Below are positions 49,698 through 64,000 of a DNA stretch of 64,000 nucleotides, in pieces. This DNA comes from Balanoglossus misakiensis (Eukaryota; Animalia; Hemichordata): NCBI GenBank assembly GCA_040954595.2, contig CM082581.2:4146699-4210698 (forward strand), written 5' to 3'. Each line of letters opens with the position of its first letter. Positions within the stretch are counted from its first letter, which is position 1. Made by a program: the position numbers and the translations under genes. A model generated the notes under the pieces. The model had not been told where the DNA came from, did not search any database, and worked only from the letters and a program-made list of their open reading frames with translations.

Positions 49698-52600
49698 CAC
49701 ACGCGTACTGGTGTACACTGACATTGACAAGTTGGAAAACCGTGCTAATGCATTTTATCGGAAGCGAACAAGCGATTATTCTAATATCATGGAAGAATAA
49801 ACACAAGTAAACGACACATATGATGTTCAAGTGGCCGAACAGGCTCTCCGACAAATCCGCACGACTGTATATACACAATGTAGATGCAGTGCGAAAATAA
49901 CTGGAATATTTGCAAGGGAATGAAACTCGGCCGTCCAAATCGATATTCACAGACAAGCAGCGAGCGAACATTGACTATCGTGACTGAAAATCTTGGTTTA
50001 CGCGATAACTGGTTCTAAGTGTATTTCACCAACAATTTGGACCTGAACTATTAAAGCCTGTACAGAAAACTTTAATTCTCACCTGATTGCCGAAGCTAGC
50101 CCCGGCTTACTGCCGTGGTATCCACAGAAATTGCAACGAACTTAATTCGTGAGATTCCGGGCCTTTCGTCTACATGGTATATACACCGTGTGAATTAGTA
50201 TCTTGGATACCGTGATCTGTACGAGCGCACAGTCACGTGGCTATAATGTAAACATCCCCACGTATCCAGTGTAGGTATTCAAATTGCAATTTGCGCAAAT
50301 TTGATTAACAATGATTTCAATTCTGATGATCCCCAACGACACCCTAGCACGCTGAATTCTAATACGCAATAAAACCCTTGCCTAATTTACGTCACATCTC
50401 TTTACATATTAGTTATAATTACCACATAATATGGCAAATTGCCATCAATAATATACGGCGATTGGAAACAATGCAGAATAACCGATGTAATTTAAATGGA
50501 CAATGTTACAGTTGTGTAAATCATTTGAATTGACTTTCGGGTGGTGAAAGAAAACATGTTGATACAGCAAAGCAAAAAAAAAACAAAAAAAACCACGTTA
50601 TTATTTCCTGTAATATTAGAAGAACACCACTAGACATATCAATGAAATTTACGATTCCAATTTAATGAAATGATGTCTCCCCCGTGGTCACATGATATTA
50701 AACTAGATTGATGGCGTGTTTCGCCAACCAACCATGGTTGGACATGGTTTAATGATTGCTTCCGTGTGGAAGACGTTCTGCCCGAAGGCTTACCTGGGCG
50801 GATCACATACTCGATCAATCTGGTTCAGTCACGTGACATTGTGCTGCCTTGAGAGCGTACCTCGCTTTTTAAACGCTGTAGTGAAGTCGACTATTCGAAA
50901 TAACTTAAATGCGCATGCATGGCAGTTTTAATTTGGCATGCGTGAAGTCGACTGTGATTTGTTGGTGACGACCAAATACACATCACCGAAACCGCAACGT
51001 GTCGTTTAAAGGGCCACAGTGGTCGCTCGATTCCACAGAGTTGGGACGTTGGCAGTATAGTCGTCTGGTGCCCAATATCGACACAATCTACAAACGTTCC
51101 TTTGCAACTCCTTAGATCCATCGGGTTTCCTTGGGAATATAACTCTGCAAATATCATGCACAGGGACTTTAAACGTTTTAACGATCACCGTGACAACAAG
51201 TGTTTATGGATTCGTGTATAGTAGCACATCTGCTAGACCCTGGGCAACAGCGTTCACGCCATCGATTCTATTGATTTGTATCTCCATGCGCACAGAGACT
51301 GTAGTATGCATTATGGAAAATACATTACAGCTAATCTACGTTATTTGACCAAATAAACGAGTGGTTGTCAATGAAAATGGTTCAGGCGTTAGACATTTGC
51401 AACATTTAGAATTCCTCCACACACAAAAAACCGCGAAATATTTTAAATAAAAATGTATGTAACAAATGGTTTAGAATATAAAAGTTCGCTCGGAAAAGAC
51501 AGTATGCTATACAGTCAGGGTCGACATGGCCTATGACGGTATCATCTTGAAGATATCTGGTTTGAACCTGTTAATGGGTTCATTTGACATAGCACCAAAA
51601 CTACAGCAAAAGTTTGGCTGGATTGACTCTCCCGATTATATTTCCGGAATGTAGTTAAGACATATTTGATTTGCGTTATCTGTAAACCAATTTATTAATG
51701 AAAACATCGGGATACATTTTTACCCTGGTTGAATTTGTGCTGCCGATAGAGGTGTTAGAAATTACACGGCACAAAAAGAAAGCACGTCTAATGATCCGAA
51801 TCAGAATAGGGGGACCAACGAAAGAAATTAGGATTTAGAAAATAAACTGCTAATTTTTCAGTAAGTTGAGCTTGCTTTTGCAGTATTTTAATGTTCACCA
51901 ATGACAATTACACTTCCCTTCCTTATAAATGATCGATGGATTCAAAATTGTAATTACATTTGATGTCTCAGACATGACGGCTACATGTATGTTGTTCTAT
52001 CAATGTATAGTGTCACTCATCAATTGTGCGTCCTTGCTGACATGGACATCAAGATAGCAATAAACTCCCACAGGCGATTTCCAGTCAAAGCAACAAATCT
52101 TCACTAAACTTTCACTCTGCGATCATTAATTTACCGTAACTTATCGAATATATTGGCTCTAAGTACTTTCTTCGTAATTGCAAATATCTTGCCTACATTT
52201 TCAGGTGTAGAAATTAGCATACTTGGTGGGCGGGGGCTGCATTAGGTTCGGCGTTATACACTGCATGAGCTGACAATTAGTTCCAAGGGATAGACTCTAT
52301 ATGCAAATTGAAAATGAATCTTACATCCATATGTAATCAAGACGGCGCTCTGGGTTCGTCGAAATCAAAATCCCATCGCACATCGAACATCGAACGTCAC
52401 GAATATCCTAACTGCAAAATTCAAGGGAAATTAAACGGAAGGGCACGTGGACCTCGTGAGAATTTTTATTCTGGTTACCGTCAGTAAATGGGTGTTTTTT
52501 CCAGCCATAACAGTTGACAATATGCGTCCTTCATTCTCATTCTTTCCACCGCATAAAAAATTAAATACAAACGGGAACTAATGCGAACCAGGGATTGACA

Positions 52601-52894
52601 TTTGCCCCTTATTAATGCCAGACTTGTTTAATACAATCGAAGCTTGGTACTGATTGGTCGATAAGCCACGTGCACTAAACTCTGGTGGCCATTTCATCTA
52701 ATATACGGCATCTCATGGGTTAGCATATCGAATTGAAGCGATATACCTGTCATGCACTGACAATAAATTCCAAGGCAAACAGATAATACTCTCGAAGGAC
52801 ACGTAATTGTTAATGACATTATTGTCCACCCGGATTAGTGGATTAAGCAAAATAGGAGGGAATTATGGTGGAAGGAAATCAATCAAGTTATCCA

Positions 52895-52960
52895 ATCCTA
52901 CCAGGTACCCATTAAAACTGGGTGGAGAGGAAATGTGCCTTGCCAAATGACACACAGTCA
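52895..52960 (-). mobile_element. Probable tRNA-derived SINE core fragment
   Basis: The minus strand reads tgtgtcatttggcaaggcac..ctctccacccag..taatgggtacctggtagg, resembling the conserved central block (gtgtccttgggcaaggcac...ctctccacccaggtgtaaatgggtacc) of CORE-type SINEs. Recognised from memory, not by search. Confidence 0.45.
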
Positions 52961-53129
52961 CCCACCACAGCCATGTCGGACTAACGATCCTCCGTTAATA
53001 GGCAGGCGTATAGAGGTAATAAAGCGTCTGACAGTGTCATACGACTTCTTATTTCCACTGACAGAGAAACAAAAACAGTAAAGACTCCTCACATGACAAT
53101 TAATAACAAAATAACTGCCAAGTTGCCAT

Positions 53130-53330
53130 AACAAAATGGCCGTCGGGTGGCCATATTGGATCATATCGTGAAGTACATTGACGTGCGCGCGCATCTAATA
53201 TGCACATTATACTTTTATGGTACATTGTCCATGCAGCAGATTTGTATGAACGGGCGGATGGACGGACTGACGTACGGACGGACGGAGCCTAATCCATAAG
53301 CTCCGGATAAACGTTCGCGGGGACTAAACT
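53130..53330 (+). mobile_element. Possible Helentron-associated non-autonomous (DINE-1/HINE-like) element fragment
   Basis: A caaaatggccg..ggccatattggatc core followed by a (GGAC)n-like microsatellite and a short terminal stem ending ggggacta, the typical architecture of such elements. Inference only. Confidence 0.35.
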
Positions 53331-55130
53331 TCGAAATACAGACGACCATCGCTTCATCTATGTCGTGGTCTGTGCCTGAGGGTATATTACCATATGAGAA
53401 AAGTATGCAATCAATCGCAGTAGTCTAGACACCGCGGACTGAACTGCTGCGTTTTGTCCTACCTGAAAAAAGACTTCGTATCAACCTTGGGAAATGCCAA
53501 CCATTGCCACAGGTGCTGCCAAACTAATCACATCAGTTATTCAACGGAGATTGAGACAGTCTTGTAGTTTCCATTCAAGATGCAGGATTGTTGCACAGAC
53601 AGACATTTTCTTATTACAAGAAAAAATATTAATATCGTAATACGTAATATTATATCACTTTCTGTCAAGCCATCATTCACCAAAACATAAGAAATCATCG
53701 AATACCTTTTCATATATTTCAAAGCTGCCTCCGGACATGGAAACCAAAATCATTGATGTATATGCGATAGAAAAAAGTCAAGCATTCAAACAGAAAAAAG
53801 CAACCAAACAATTTCCTTCCACGTGTCCTGAATACTAACTGCCGCTCATAAACTGTTGTTTTGTTTCGCAACAGAATAACTTTATCATAAGAAAATCTTC
53901 CCTATTTTGAGTAGATCGACCAAGCTTGGCTGGAACCAAGTAAACAAAAATTACTCCTACCGTTCATTTTTGTCATTAAATCAGTTTGTTATTGTTTCTG
54001 GTATTCTACACAGGCTTGACATTCCAACGCCTAATTAACGTTGGCTTTCCGCTGGAGTGAATTCATATCACCTGCAAAAGAGGATTAGAATCCGTGTGTG
54101 GGAATACCTGTTGCGTGAGAAAGCGGTCGAGGAATTTCGCTATTTTGCACTGTAAAACGATATTGGATTCATCAACAGGTGACTATTAACCTAACGTGAC
54201 CCTTTGGGCTGTCAGTTATCTTCGAGGACGCCAGTTGTATTTGTGTGACTTTTAAGGGGCGTCCAGTCATTGTGAGGATAGGGGTGAAGGCGGGAGATTT
54301 TGTAGTAGGTCACATTTTACACGCCTGCCCCTGGGATAGTCACATTGCACAATGCAATTGTATTTTAAACTTCATCAGTAAGCTGTGTACTACGACATTA
54401 AGAACTTCAGGGCAAATAATGGTGTCAGTATTGTACAATGTAATGATTTGTGTGCACTTAACTCAAACTTAACACATCTGACATTTTAATCTTTTTATTA
54501 TCTAGTCACACTTGCCCGGCCTTACTCATAATCTTTCTAATTTCTCTGTCACTAGTCTTTCTTGCTTATTTGCCCACTAAATGATCAAGGATTTTCCAGG
54601 CAAATGACCTGTTTGCATTTGAGCCTAACAGTTCGGGTTATATTGGTTAAAGCAAGTGTTCTTACTTCTCTGATGTCGTTAATCCAGGGCCCAAGTTTAT
54701 GCAATACTCGAGCCTGTGTTATATACATATTGATGCCACCTTTATAACTGATGTCAAAGATGTATTAGCTGTAGAGAGTGAGATAGGAAGTTAGCAGCTC
54801 CGAAGCCAAAGTCTATCCAGATAAAGGTTCGATTCATTGTTTTGAAATGGCACAGATAGTAAATGCTAAGTTAAACATGAAATAATAGTCGTGATTGCAA
54901 ATATTTACATATAATTGATATATGAAAAAAAATAACAGGAGACTCATAAAACCATCAATTGTAATAAACCAAGCTTCGATAATCGGTTCTTGGTAATCAA
55001 TAAAGTATCGCGGTATTTAATTGTCATATTGTGTGAAATGCAAAAAATTGTAGCACATTTATCATAAATATTTTAGATATCATTCAGAAAGAGGTTTTAT
55101 GACATAGAAGAGGTATATCAGCAGCTGAAT

Positions 55131-55306
<176 letters not shown>

Positions 55307-56236
55307 CGACTGGGAATGTCTTTTCCTCACGCATCAGAATTAATGGGGATAGCGTCTTTTTATATTATTGTACGAAGGTTCTAGACACGATTTTGTTTTG
55401 CCATATCAATTTTCATATCTGTTGGGTGTATTTCGAAGAACGTTTGGCCTGAGTCTTGCACACGTAATCGTAGCTGAACGTGGGAGCCTATGTCTCTTGA
55501 GGTATCAATGATCGATGCATGTAAAAGCCGATCTGGTTTGCTGCAATCAATGTTTAATGCATTTCTCATGTTTCAGGCGGAGAGTTTTGCTGGAGAGGCA
55601 AACTCACAATGACGTGTAGTACTAAATCGTTGCCAGTTTCCAAAACCGCTACTGTTGGCCTTAATTTTATTTGGTGGGGGCGTGGGTGTGTTTTGGGACG
55701 GGGGGCGGGGGAGGGATCACTATTTTATAGCATGGGTGAAAACCTGACCAAGATGGTTTCACCTACTCAAATGTTGAAATTATGACTGTTTTAGGATTTG
55801 ACGATGAATCTTGAGATCACTTATCGAAAGCTATCAACACACCTCTATAAGTTTGATACAATTTTGAAACCACTAACCCCCCCCCTCCATGTTAATTTTG
55901 TCCCAGCCCTTACAGTCATTATCTGTGTACTCTGATGTTTTAAAAGCTAGATTATGAACCACGACCTTTTACTGCTTTATGAAAGAACCGACTTTCAATT
56001 TTCAGAATGGTAGCAATCAGGGACGTTAAGTATTTTCCAGTGGACACTCATGCAGAATGTTGTCAAAACGTACAGGTTCTCGTGGGAACAAAGAAAGGGG
56101 TCAGCGAGGTCAAATGGTTGAAGAGTAACTAGCATGGCATTACCTGAGGTGTGTAATGAACTGCGTATCGTTGTTCATGTGTGTGTACAACACTGCGACG
56201 CGACCGGTATTTTCGGAGAATGAACGTTGTTTAGGG

Positions 56237-56327
<91 letters not shown>
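56237..56327. repeat. (ATC)n microsatellite
   Basis: Direct reading. Confidence 0.97.
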
Positions 56328-59300
56328 ATTAATACCATCGTAGATAATTGGTGTCCTCTTCCAAACCGCGATCTGGGGAATTTATTTCTACGATGTCACA
56401 GAAAATGTTTCAGAGGATCTGGTGCAGAAAACTCCTTGGTGTTGGGTGTTCCAAGTCAATCAGAAAATGAATTGTGACTGGCGAAAGTGGTCGATAATCA
56501 ATTTTATTTCATACATTTTAAACCGTTGTATTCATTTCTGGGTAAAGATTTCCGAGGTGTCTCCGGAAAAGTTCACAAGACAAGCTTATATACATGTTTT
56601 TAATGCTTTGTTATCTGGGAAATAGCAGCTAGCATTAAAATGACAAATGCACTGCATGTAATTACGTACCTGTATCTACACACAGTTTAAGAGTCTGTTA
56701 GGTCCAAAAGATATCTTCACCTCAACTGTAATCGAAAAGATCACAATTATGGGGAAGGGGTCCCATTCTAATGAATGAGGGCAATAAATCATGTACTGAT
56801 CGCGTGTACTGTCATTGTTCATGATGCACCGAAGTGAGAAAAAGTTGAACATGACAAATTCGAAACGAGTATCCCTTACAATAGAATTCTATGAGTTTCC
56901 CACCGTCTGTTTGGTAACAATGGTCAAATACACAAGGGAAACTCCATTCCCATCTCGTTTCGAAGAAAGATGAACATTTCATTAAAATCTGAGCCCGGTA
57001 ATACAAGAGCTAAGTGAATTTATCAAAGACCTACAGCTTGATGTGACTTGATGTGAGAAAATCTTTACAATCGAAACACGACGTCTTTTTTAGAAACCTG
57101 GAAAACGTCGAAAAGCTATCAGAAAGATAAATATCTCATGAGCTGTGTGTATATTGGGGTCATGAGAGCTGCGTGAAGCATTGGAGACTGCTTCTTTTTC
57201 GACAATTCTCTATCAGAACTGTGATCGTCCGTTCGTTCCGATTCGTCGTTCAATATTTTTCGCCCGCCATGACGACTTTTTCAATTTGCCTTGATGGACA
57301 GGTCTGACTTGATCTGCATGGAGATCCAACTTAACACACCTTTTTCGCGGGTGGCCACGTCAAAAACAAGTCCCCCATCAAACGCTCATTCGAAGATCTA
57401 GACACACCATTTTATCAATATATGAGCATATGTAAATTAGGGTGACTGGTAGTATAACTTTAGTAATACTTGTACATATACATCCCCAGTGAGTATATGT
57501 ACACGAACTAATTTTAAAAGTAAAATCATGACAATGAAGCCAACAATTGCCGCTTATTGGACTTTAATAACTTAGATTTAAAATGTATCGCTGCTGTTTG
57601 ATTATTTGAATCATTATCATGTACTAACAATGTTTTGGGAAGATAGAACATTTCCTGGAACGACAGATACAAAGTAATCTTATAATGTGGAGATAAATAA
57701 TACAATATAACATCAGCAATCAAATCAATAACTACGGCGATCTTTATGTCCCTCGGGGACTTCAGTAATCAATCATTGATTATAATTAAAAGGCAGTGTC
57801 GGTATAAATCTTTTTAAGATAGTACTTACTACAGTATCAAGGAACCATCGTCAATCTTGCGATTTTGATAGCTGGGCTATCTATATAAGTAACCGAAGTT
57901 TGACATTCTGGCGGACAATCTTTTATTGAGATAAAGAGTTGCGGGATATGAGATCAAAAGTGGATGGATGAACTTTTTATTGTCCGTATTCTCTTGCGGA
58001 AATCAGAGTGGAATTCGTAAGATAGTGTATAGCGACATTAAAGTCTTTTGCCATCAAGCCGCCGATTTGAGGGTTGTGCGAGACGTTCGATCCTTTTTAC
58101 AGCGATGGCAAGTCATTGTTTTCGAACGTTTAGGGGGGGGGGGTCACCTCCCGAAGTGGAGCTGTTTAGCCTGTCGTAGAATGAACAGGCAGAACAGAAA
58201 CGGTTATGGGGCTCTAAATTTGCACCAGTGATTCTGAGTACTGTGCAAACCTGTTAAGCCGATGATGTACTCATATGGAATAACACGTTGATTGGACTTG
58301 GCTCAATGTGATTTTAATCGATTTTGCATCTGTAAAAGTACTGCCAATTGAGTACAATCTTTAGTCTAGAATGGCAGCCTTGGAGAACATCCCCTTTTAT
58401 ACTGTTTATGAGTAAAATTGGCTGATTGTTAAAGTAGACAAATTATATGGCGCTAATTAGACTAATCGTTTCACCTTCATGACCTTGGACAATCTGGGTG
58501 ACTCTACCACATAGTCTGGTAACCGTTTTGAAGACTAATACTTACGACAACCACGTTGGGAATACATCAGTAAATGTCATTGTAATGGTATACCTGTGTT
58601 GCCAAAGGTTGTGTGGACATTGGGGAATTTAGTTCCACAAAATATTACATTACAAAGTATCAGTCCATCAAGATTGGGATGGTGTGACCTTTCAGGGTTC
58701 TTAAGTACGCATGCGATGACCCTCCCTACTGAGAACTGAAAAAAAGTCATCCTCTCTCGTGGTATAGTTATTGAAGTCTCCCTACGTTGTGATTTATTGA
58801 ACCGTATGTTGAATTATCGCAAACTTATAATTATCTGAGAGAAACCACGAGAAAATCTACAAATTCCTGTCAGCTTGGAACTTTCATCGTGTGGACGATA
58901 GATTATATACTCTGATATGACAGAGTATGCCTGATGTTGGCTTTCCAATATATTGCTTTCCTATAATACCATTCTGTTGCAGTGAAAAGTTGAATCAGCG
59001 TCCATAAGATATATTTTACTCACTAGTACTATGTTGCATACTTTATTTTTTCTTTTTCGGTTTATTCACAATATCGTATGGTAAATGTACAATAGTGTAC
59101 CGATATCACAAACAACTAGTAACACTATACAAATAGTGTTTGTGAATGCGAGACATTGGTTTTTGCCACCTGTTTTGATTTCTGACAGAGCGACGACTCG
59201 ATCATTTTATTATTTGTCCTAGAGAGCAAAATGACTGTCATTGTTTCTTGATGCATATCTGAAAAATACTGTACGGGTCAGAGTGTTTTACGGTAGGTAA

Positions 59301-62300
59301 TGAGTTAGCTATTATCAGGACAATTCTAGACATGTATTTAATTATAATATATGACAGTTTCAGCGTATATCCGGTATGTAAATTCAAAATACTGCAAATC
59401 GATATCCCAAAGGATTTTGTGCAAGCATGTACTCATGACAGTCAGTGGAGGAAAGACGAGTGACTATACACAGTTAATGATACTGTCTCTCAGAAAATAG
59501 AAAACCATGTTTGAATCTTCTGGTTCTTTGGAAATCAATCACGGATCATTTAATATTTATAGCGCTGGGGTTGACGTTTTTCGTCGAACCTATTGACTTT
59601 TTTTTATTTTGTTCGATTTTTCCTGTTATATTTTTCATTACCCAGTACTCGGCATGGAAACTGACAGTTCGCGTTATTTCCCGCCGTCAAATCAAAGCTG
59701 CCCTGAATAAACCGGCGGCAAAGGCAATAATATTTCATGACGGATCAATGACCCGTGAACATTACATCTGTGGACTAGTCAGAGAAGTAATCGGGGAAAT
59801 AATGAACAGCGGAAACGAATCCGTGCTCTTTCTAGGAAATTTCTTATGATTGGATTTGGCGGTACTTACCGGCGCCTCATTCAGGCGTTTCTGTACCTGT
59901 TGAAATGGGCGAACTTTTATTTACATTGCTTAGGAAAGTAGTTGGCGAAACTGGGTTAGAGTCGCTTGTCAAGGGGTCAGCCTTACAGGTATACGCCGTC
60001 ACTTTGTATGGTGCTGGAGGATATGGTTACGGCAGAGCCTTATTCATGGGGATCTTTTCGGGCGTAAATACCATTGTTTGTTATTATTGTGGTATTTCTA
60101 TGACGTACAATCGACAGCCATGACCCCACCCACCCCCATGCGGTGCTGGTACAACATGAAACGAAGGACGATATTTCTGTATCTATGTCAGTTCTTCACC
60201 CAGTCGAGAGAAGTATACAATGGCATTGGTTAAACCTGCTATAATTTGTCTTAGAGTGAAAGTTCTTGAAAATTAGCTAACCGTGTAGATACCATGCTGT
60301 AAATAAGAAGCGGCCAGAGCAGGCTATGTGCTGAGCTGGATTTGCCAGCGTCTAAAATGAACCAGCCACGCAGTGAATAGCATAGGCCTGAGGTACACTG
60401 GTTTATAGTGAAATGCGTACAGTGTACATACATACACCGTATACAATTACTGAAGCCAGCCATGTCGACCCTCCCCACTAAGCTCTCACCTGTTTGAGGT
60501 TGCGTGTAGAACCACCACTGCCGGTAAAGAGCGGGATTAACGTTCTTGTGTCTGTAACATAACCGTTGTCAGTGTTGGTTACAAGCCTTGGTTGGCAGAT
60601 TCAGTCGCGGCGGGCCGGGTGGGTAATAAAGACATGTCATGTACAATCATGACTTCCACTGAAAGCGTCCATTCTTCGAAATGACGGAATACTTAGAGGT
60701 GGAAACTGTTGCGGTTATACCGTGCCCCAGACTTGTGTATATACCCACTGTCCGTTACTCTATCCGTGTCTTTAAGGACTCAGAAATGACTCCTTATACC
60801 AGGAATGTTTTTAGAACCACTGGCGTGTAACAAGGCAGTATCTTCATACTCGAGTGAGTCTCGCCGGTGTTGAGGTCGCCACGGTCAGATCGATCGAAAC
60901 TGATTTGGGTGACGACACAGGCGCGCGTCGGTTGAACACAAACTCTCCGAGATCGTCAAAACGGCGCGACCGAATCAACTGTCTATTGTGGAGTAACCGA
61001 AGGGCACTCCTTTACCAATTCCGTCAATTGAGACTTAATTAATGTGGCTTAGTTGGAACTCAGGACTCGCCAGTTAAGAATGCGGATTCTCCTGTCTTCG
61101 TTAGCGCACAACAAGTGCCTGCGAAATAGCTGAAAGGAATCCGAACAGAATTGCCCGTTTTATTACAATGGGGACAATGCTTGTAGGTTGTTGAATCCAT
61201 ATGGGACATTTTGGTCGTAAAGAAGAACGCGAATAATTGGCATGCCTGTCAGCAAAGTGATACCTGTATTTATGTAAGAAGAACCATACCTGAATGAATT
61301 CTAACATTTTGCATCTGGCGGACCATATACAGCGTATGTTATAACGCACGCCCTGATTATACACAGGCAGATATTTCAATACGACAACAAAACTTTTAAT
61401 GAATAAACTTCACTCGAAATCTTCGATAAATGTCTTCAGTAGAGGTGGTCGGACTACTTCACAAGCTCTTCAAAAGTACAAAGTCTTCCAGTCTCACTCC
61501 ATTAATTACACACGTCGTAAACTCTTCCAAGGCCAATCCCGCTTGCAGTAAGGGTTTTTATGTAGTCTGGCGTAAACTGGCTAAAATACGTGTCATCCTT
61601 TGTATAGAAAACATTCTATGTTACTATTGAACGACGGATGATGACGACGATATTCCACATAATCTTACCCATTTAGGAGTAACAAAAACAAAAGAACTGT
61701 ATTTCGTTTCTTTGATCAGACACTTGTTTCTTGTTCTCTTCCCCGTAGTATCCCAACATGCTCAGTTTTCTGCTTGTCAACAAGGCCTGTGTATGCGCGC
61801 ATATAGACCATTGTTATTCAGCTTGTGCACAAAAAAATCAAAGTCCGGCCTTGTTTCTAAACAATAACAATGTCGATTATGGATACAAGGAATATATGAT
61901 GAGAAGATAAACATTGCCCTGCCTCAGGCAGCTGAACACGGCTGATACATTGAATTGAAATATATGTACTAGAAAATTCCAAAAGTTATAGATAGTGAAA
62001 ATTTGTGTAAAGAATTTCAGTGATGATACTGTCATGATACTGCGAAGTAAAGCTAGTATGTCGAAAATGTGGCACATGTTATTAATTTATCAATTTAATC
62101 ATTTTGGCTAATCCATATAGGCAGTATGTTGTCTACAGTTAGTTTTTGCAATGGGTAGCTTCACTGAAGTACTTTGACCACGGAATAAACACCCCCGCCT
62201 CACCATTCTAAAAAGCTACACTGAAGTAAAGGTTTTCACAATTTGAAATTGGTAGAAATATACAATATACTCAATCTTAAAAGGCACAACTTTCAAACCC

Positions 62301-62772
62301 TTGTTCACGCAATAGTAGGTGCTCCTCCTAGTCGTACATTAGGCTAGTTGCGATGTCTAACTTACAGTACATTAGTTACACACACGAATCGCAACAGTTT
62401 ACCACATTTGGCTAATCCTATAAACAGATCGCAATTTGTGTTAGGTATTTACAGATAAACACAAATGATCGTCTGGTCAGCTAGCTACCTATGAGTACTG
62501 TGCTTACAGTGAACTAGTAAGTATCGATGACAACCATGAGTTATTGTGATGGTAATACATGTAAATGGATTTCATAATTAGAGAAACTCGCTTTTACTTA
62601 TGTTACGATTTTCCCATCTGTAAATTTCTCGAAATTTTCGGCTGTTATGAAAAGAATCATTTCGCTCACATGAGACTTGCAATCCATTATAGAAGACACA
62701 GGCATATCGGACTGTGGAATTACAAAATACATGGCAAAATGACTCCATGTTTTGAGACTATTAGCTGTCGCC

Positions 62773-63617
62773 TTATTTGTCGTACAATTTGTACACTCTG
62801 ATTTGATTGACAGGTGCAATCCAGCCCTGGGTGACAGCAATTCTGCGGCCATCTTGGCTGACAGCAATATGATTTGGATCACACATGTCATCTTCAAACA
62901 GGATGCGATCAAACTCACCATCAGCTTTCAACTTCACGATCCTATCATTTCCCCAATCACAAATGAAGATATTGTCTCGTTCATCTACATCGATGCCACA
63001 CGGACGATGAATCTGACCGTCACCGCTACCCTTCGAGCAATAAGAGGTGAGAAATTTCATGCCCGCATCAAAGACCTGGATGCGATGGTTGTTTTCGTCT
63101 GAAACTAACAGCTGATTTTTGCTGTTTGTGACTACAGCGTGGGGTCTGTTGAATTGCATTCGTTTATTTCCCTGCTTCCCAATCTCACCAACAAGCTTGC
63201 CATCCTTGTTATATTTCATCAAACGATGGCCACTGTAGTCAGTGATCCAAAAGAATCCAGCCATGAAAGCAATACTGCCAACACTAGTACCTTCTGGCAA
63301 GTTAATAATCTGAATGATCTTTCTGGTCTTGTCACAGACAATGACCTGCATGTTGCCAGAATCAGTTATCATATAGTGCTCGTTGGGGGACAGAGCTACG
63401 TTCCATGGCTGAAATGGTTTTGGAAACCGACCTTCAAATTCGATTATATTATCACATTGGTAGGATTTGTTGAGGATCTGTACGCGGTGATTTTGCTGGT
63501 CGCATACCACAAGCTGGTCATTATGCCATGTCAGACCTCTGGGAGCTTGAAATACTCCAGGCTCTTTACCATATGTCTTATTGCCAATCAACTGCACTGT
63601 CCAGTGAAACTCAGCTG
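62773..63617 (-). CDS. Terminal exon encoding an NHL-repeat beta-propeller (TRIM2/3/71-like); upstream exons lie beyond the window
   Basis: Repeated NHL motifs (FQAPRGL..LVVCDQQNHRVQIL; FNRPHAV...LLVSDENNHRIQVF; GSGDGQIHRPCGIDVD..IFICDWGNDRI). Polypyrimidine acceptor tttcattttattttacag at 63618-63619 (phase 1). Stop at 62773-62775. Confidence 0.88.
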
Positions 63618-64000
63618 CTGTAAAATAAAATGAAAGCACACATCGGAAATACTAAGCGTCTGCAACAGTTATTGGCATATACGTTAAATATCTTCTTCAG
63701 TAAAGAAGGCTTGCAAAATGTTTTTGCAAGGGCTACAGAATTAGATTGGGTTTGTTCTGAACGCATGCTCATTGAATCAAGATATCCACACATGCAGATG
63801 AAATGTTGTTACTATAGCACACAACAGACGTTCAATGATCGATCAACTAACCATGTTTTTTGTCCGGACCAGTTTGCTGTTGCTCGACATCTGATGCGCA
63901 TGGAGTTGGAAATGAAAGAGAATAGCCCTCTATCGGCCATTCTTTTCCCGACTGTCCACCCGGTTGTTTCTTGATTTGACTGCCAGCTACTGATGAAGCC

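Noticed and set aside
61000-61650. Possible degraded coding sequence
   Set aside because: Multiple stops and no identifiable homology by eye.

Overview
Eukaryotic (animal) genomic DNA, AT-rich with GT-AG spliceosomal introns, microsatellites and MITEs. The gene content suggests an invertebrate deuterostome such as a hemichordate or echinoderm (inference). Six protein-coding loci are supported: (1) a 3-exon RBM43/PARP14-type RRM + KH-like gene on the minus strand (3147-5689); (2) an upstream tandem paralog on the minus strand (9032-9970) with the same RRM exon phases; (3,4) two related intronless class A GPCRs on the plus strand (17418-18404, 31418-32524); (5) a 4-coding-exon CaSR-like class C GPCR on the minus strand (34935-40813); (6) the terminal NHL-repeat exon of a probable TRIM-NHL gene (62773-63617, minus strand, continuing beyond the window). 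The standout signal is in gene 2. Its last exon encodes two internal copies of the histone H3 N-terminal tail with Met at the K9 position (TKQTAR-M-STAGK and VKRTAR-M-STTGK), making it a candidate natural H3K9M mimic fused to an RRM, analogous to what EZHIP is for H3K27M. The remainder holds TTAA-flanked and fold-back MITEs, a Tc1/IS630-like transposase remnant, SINE/Helentron-like fragments and simple repeats. All gene models were assembled by hand from splice signals and reading frames and need transcript confirmation.
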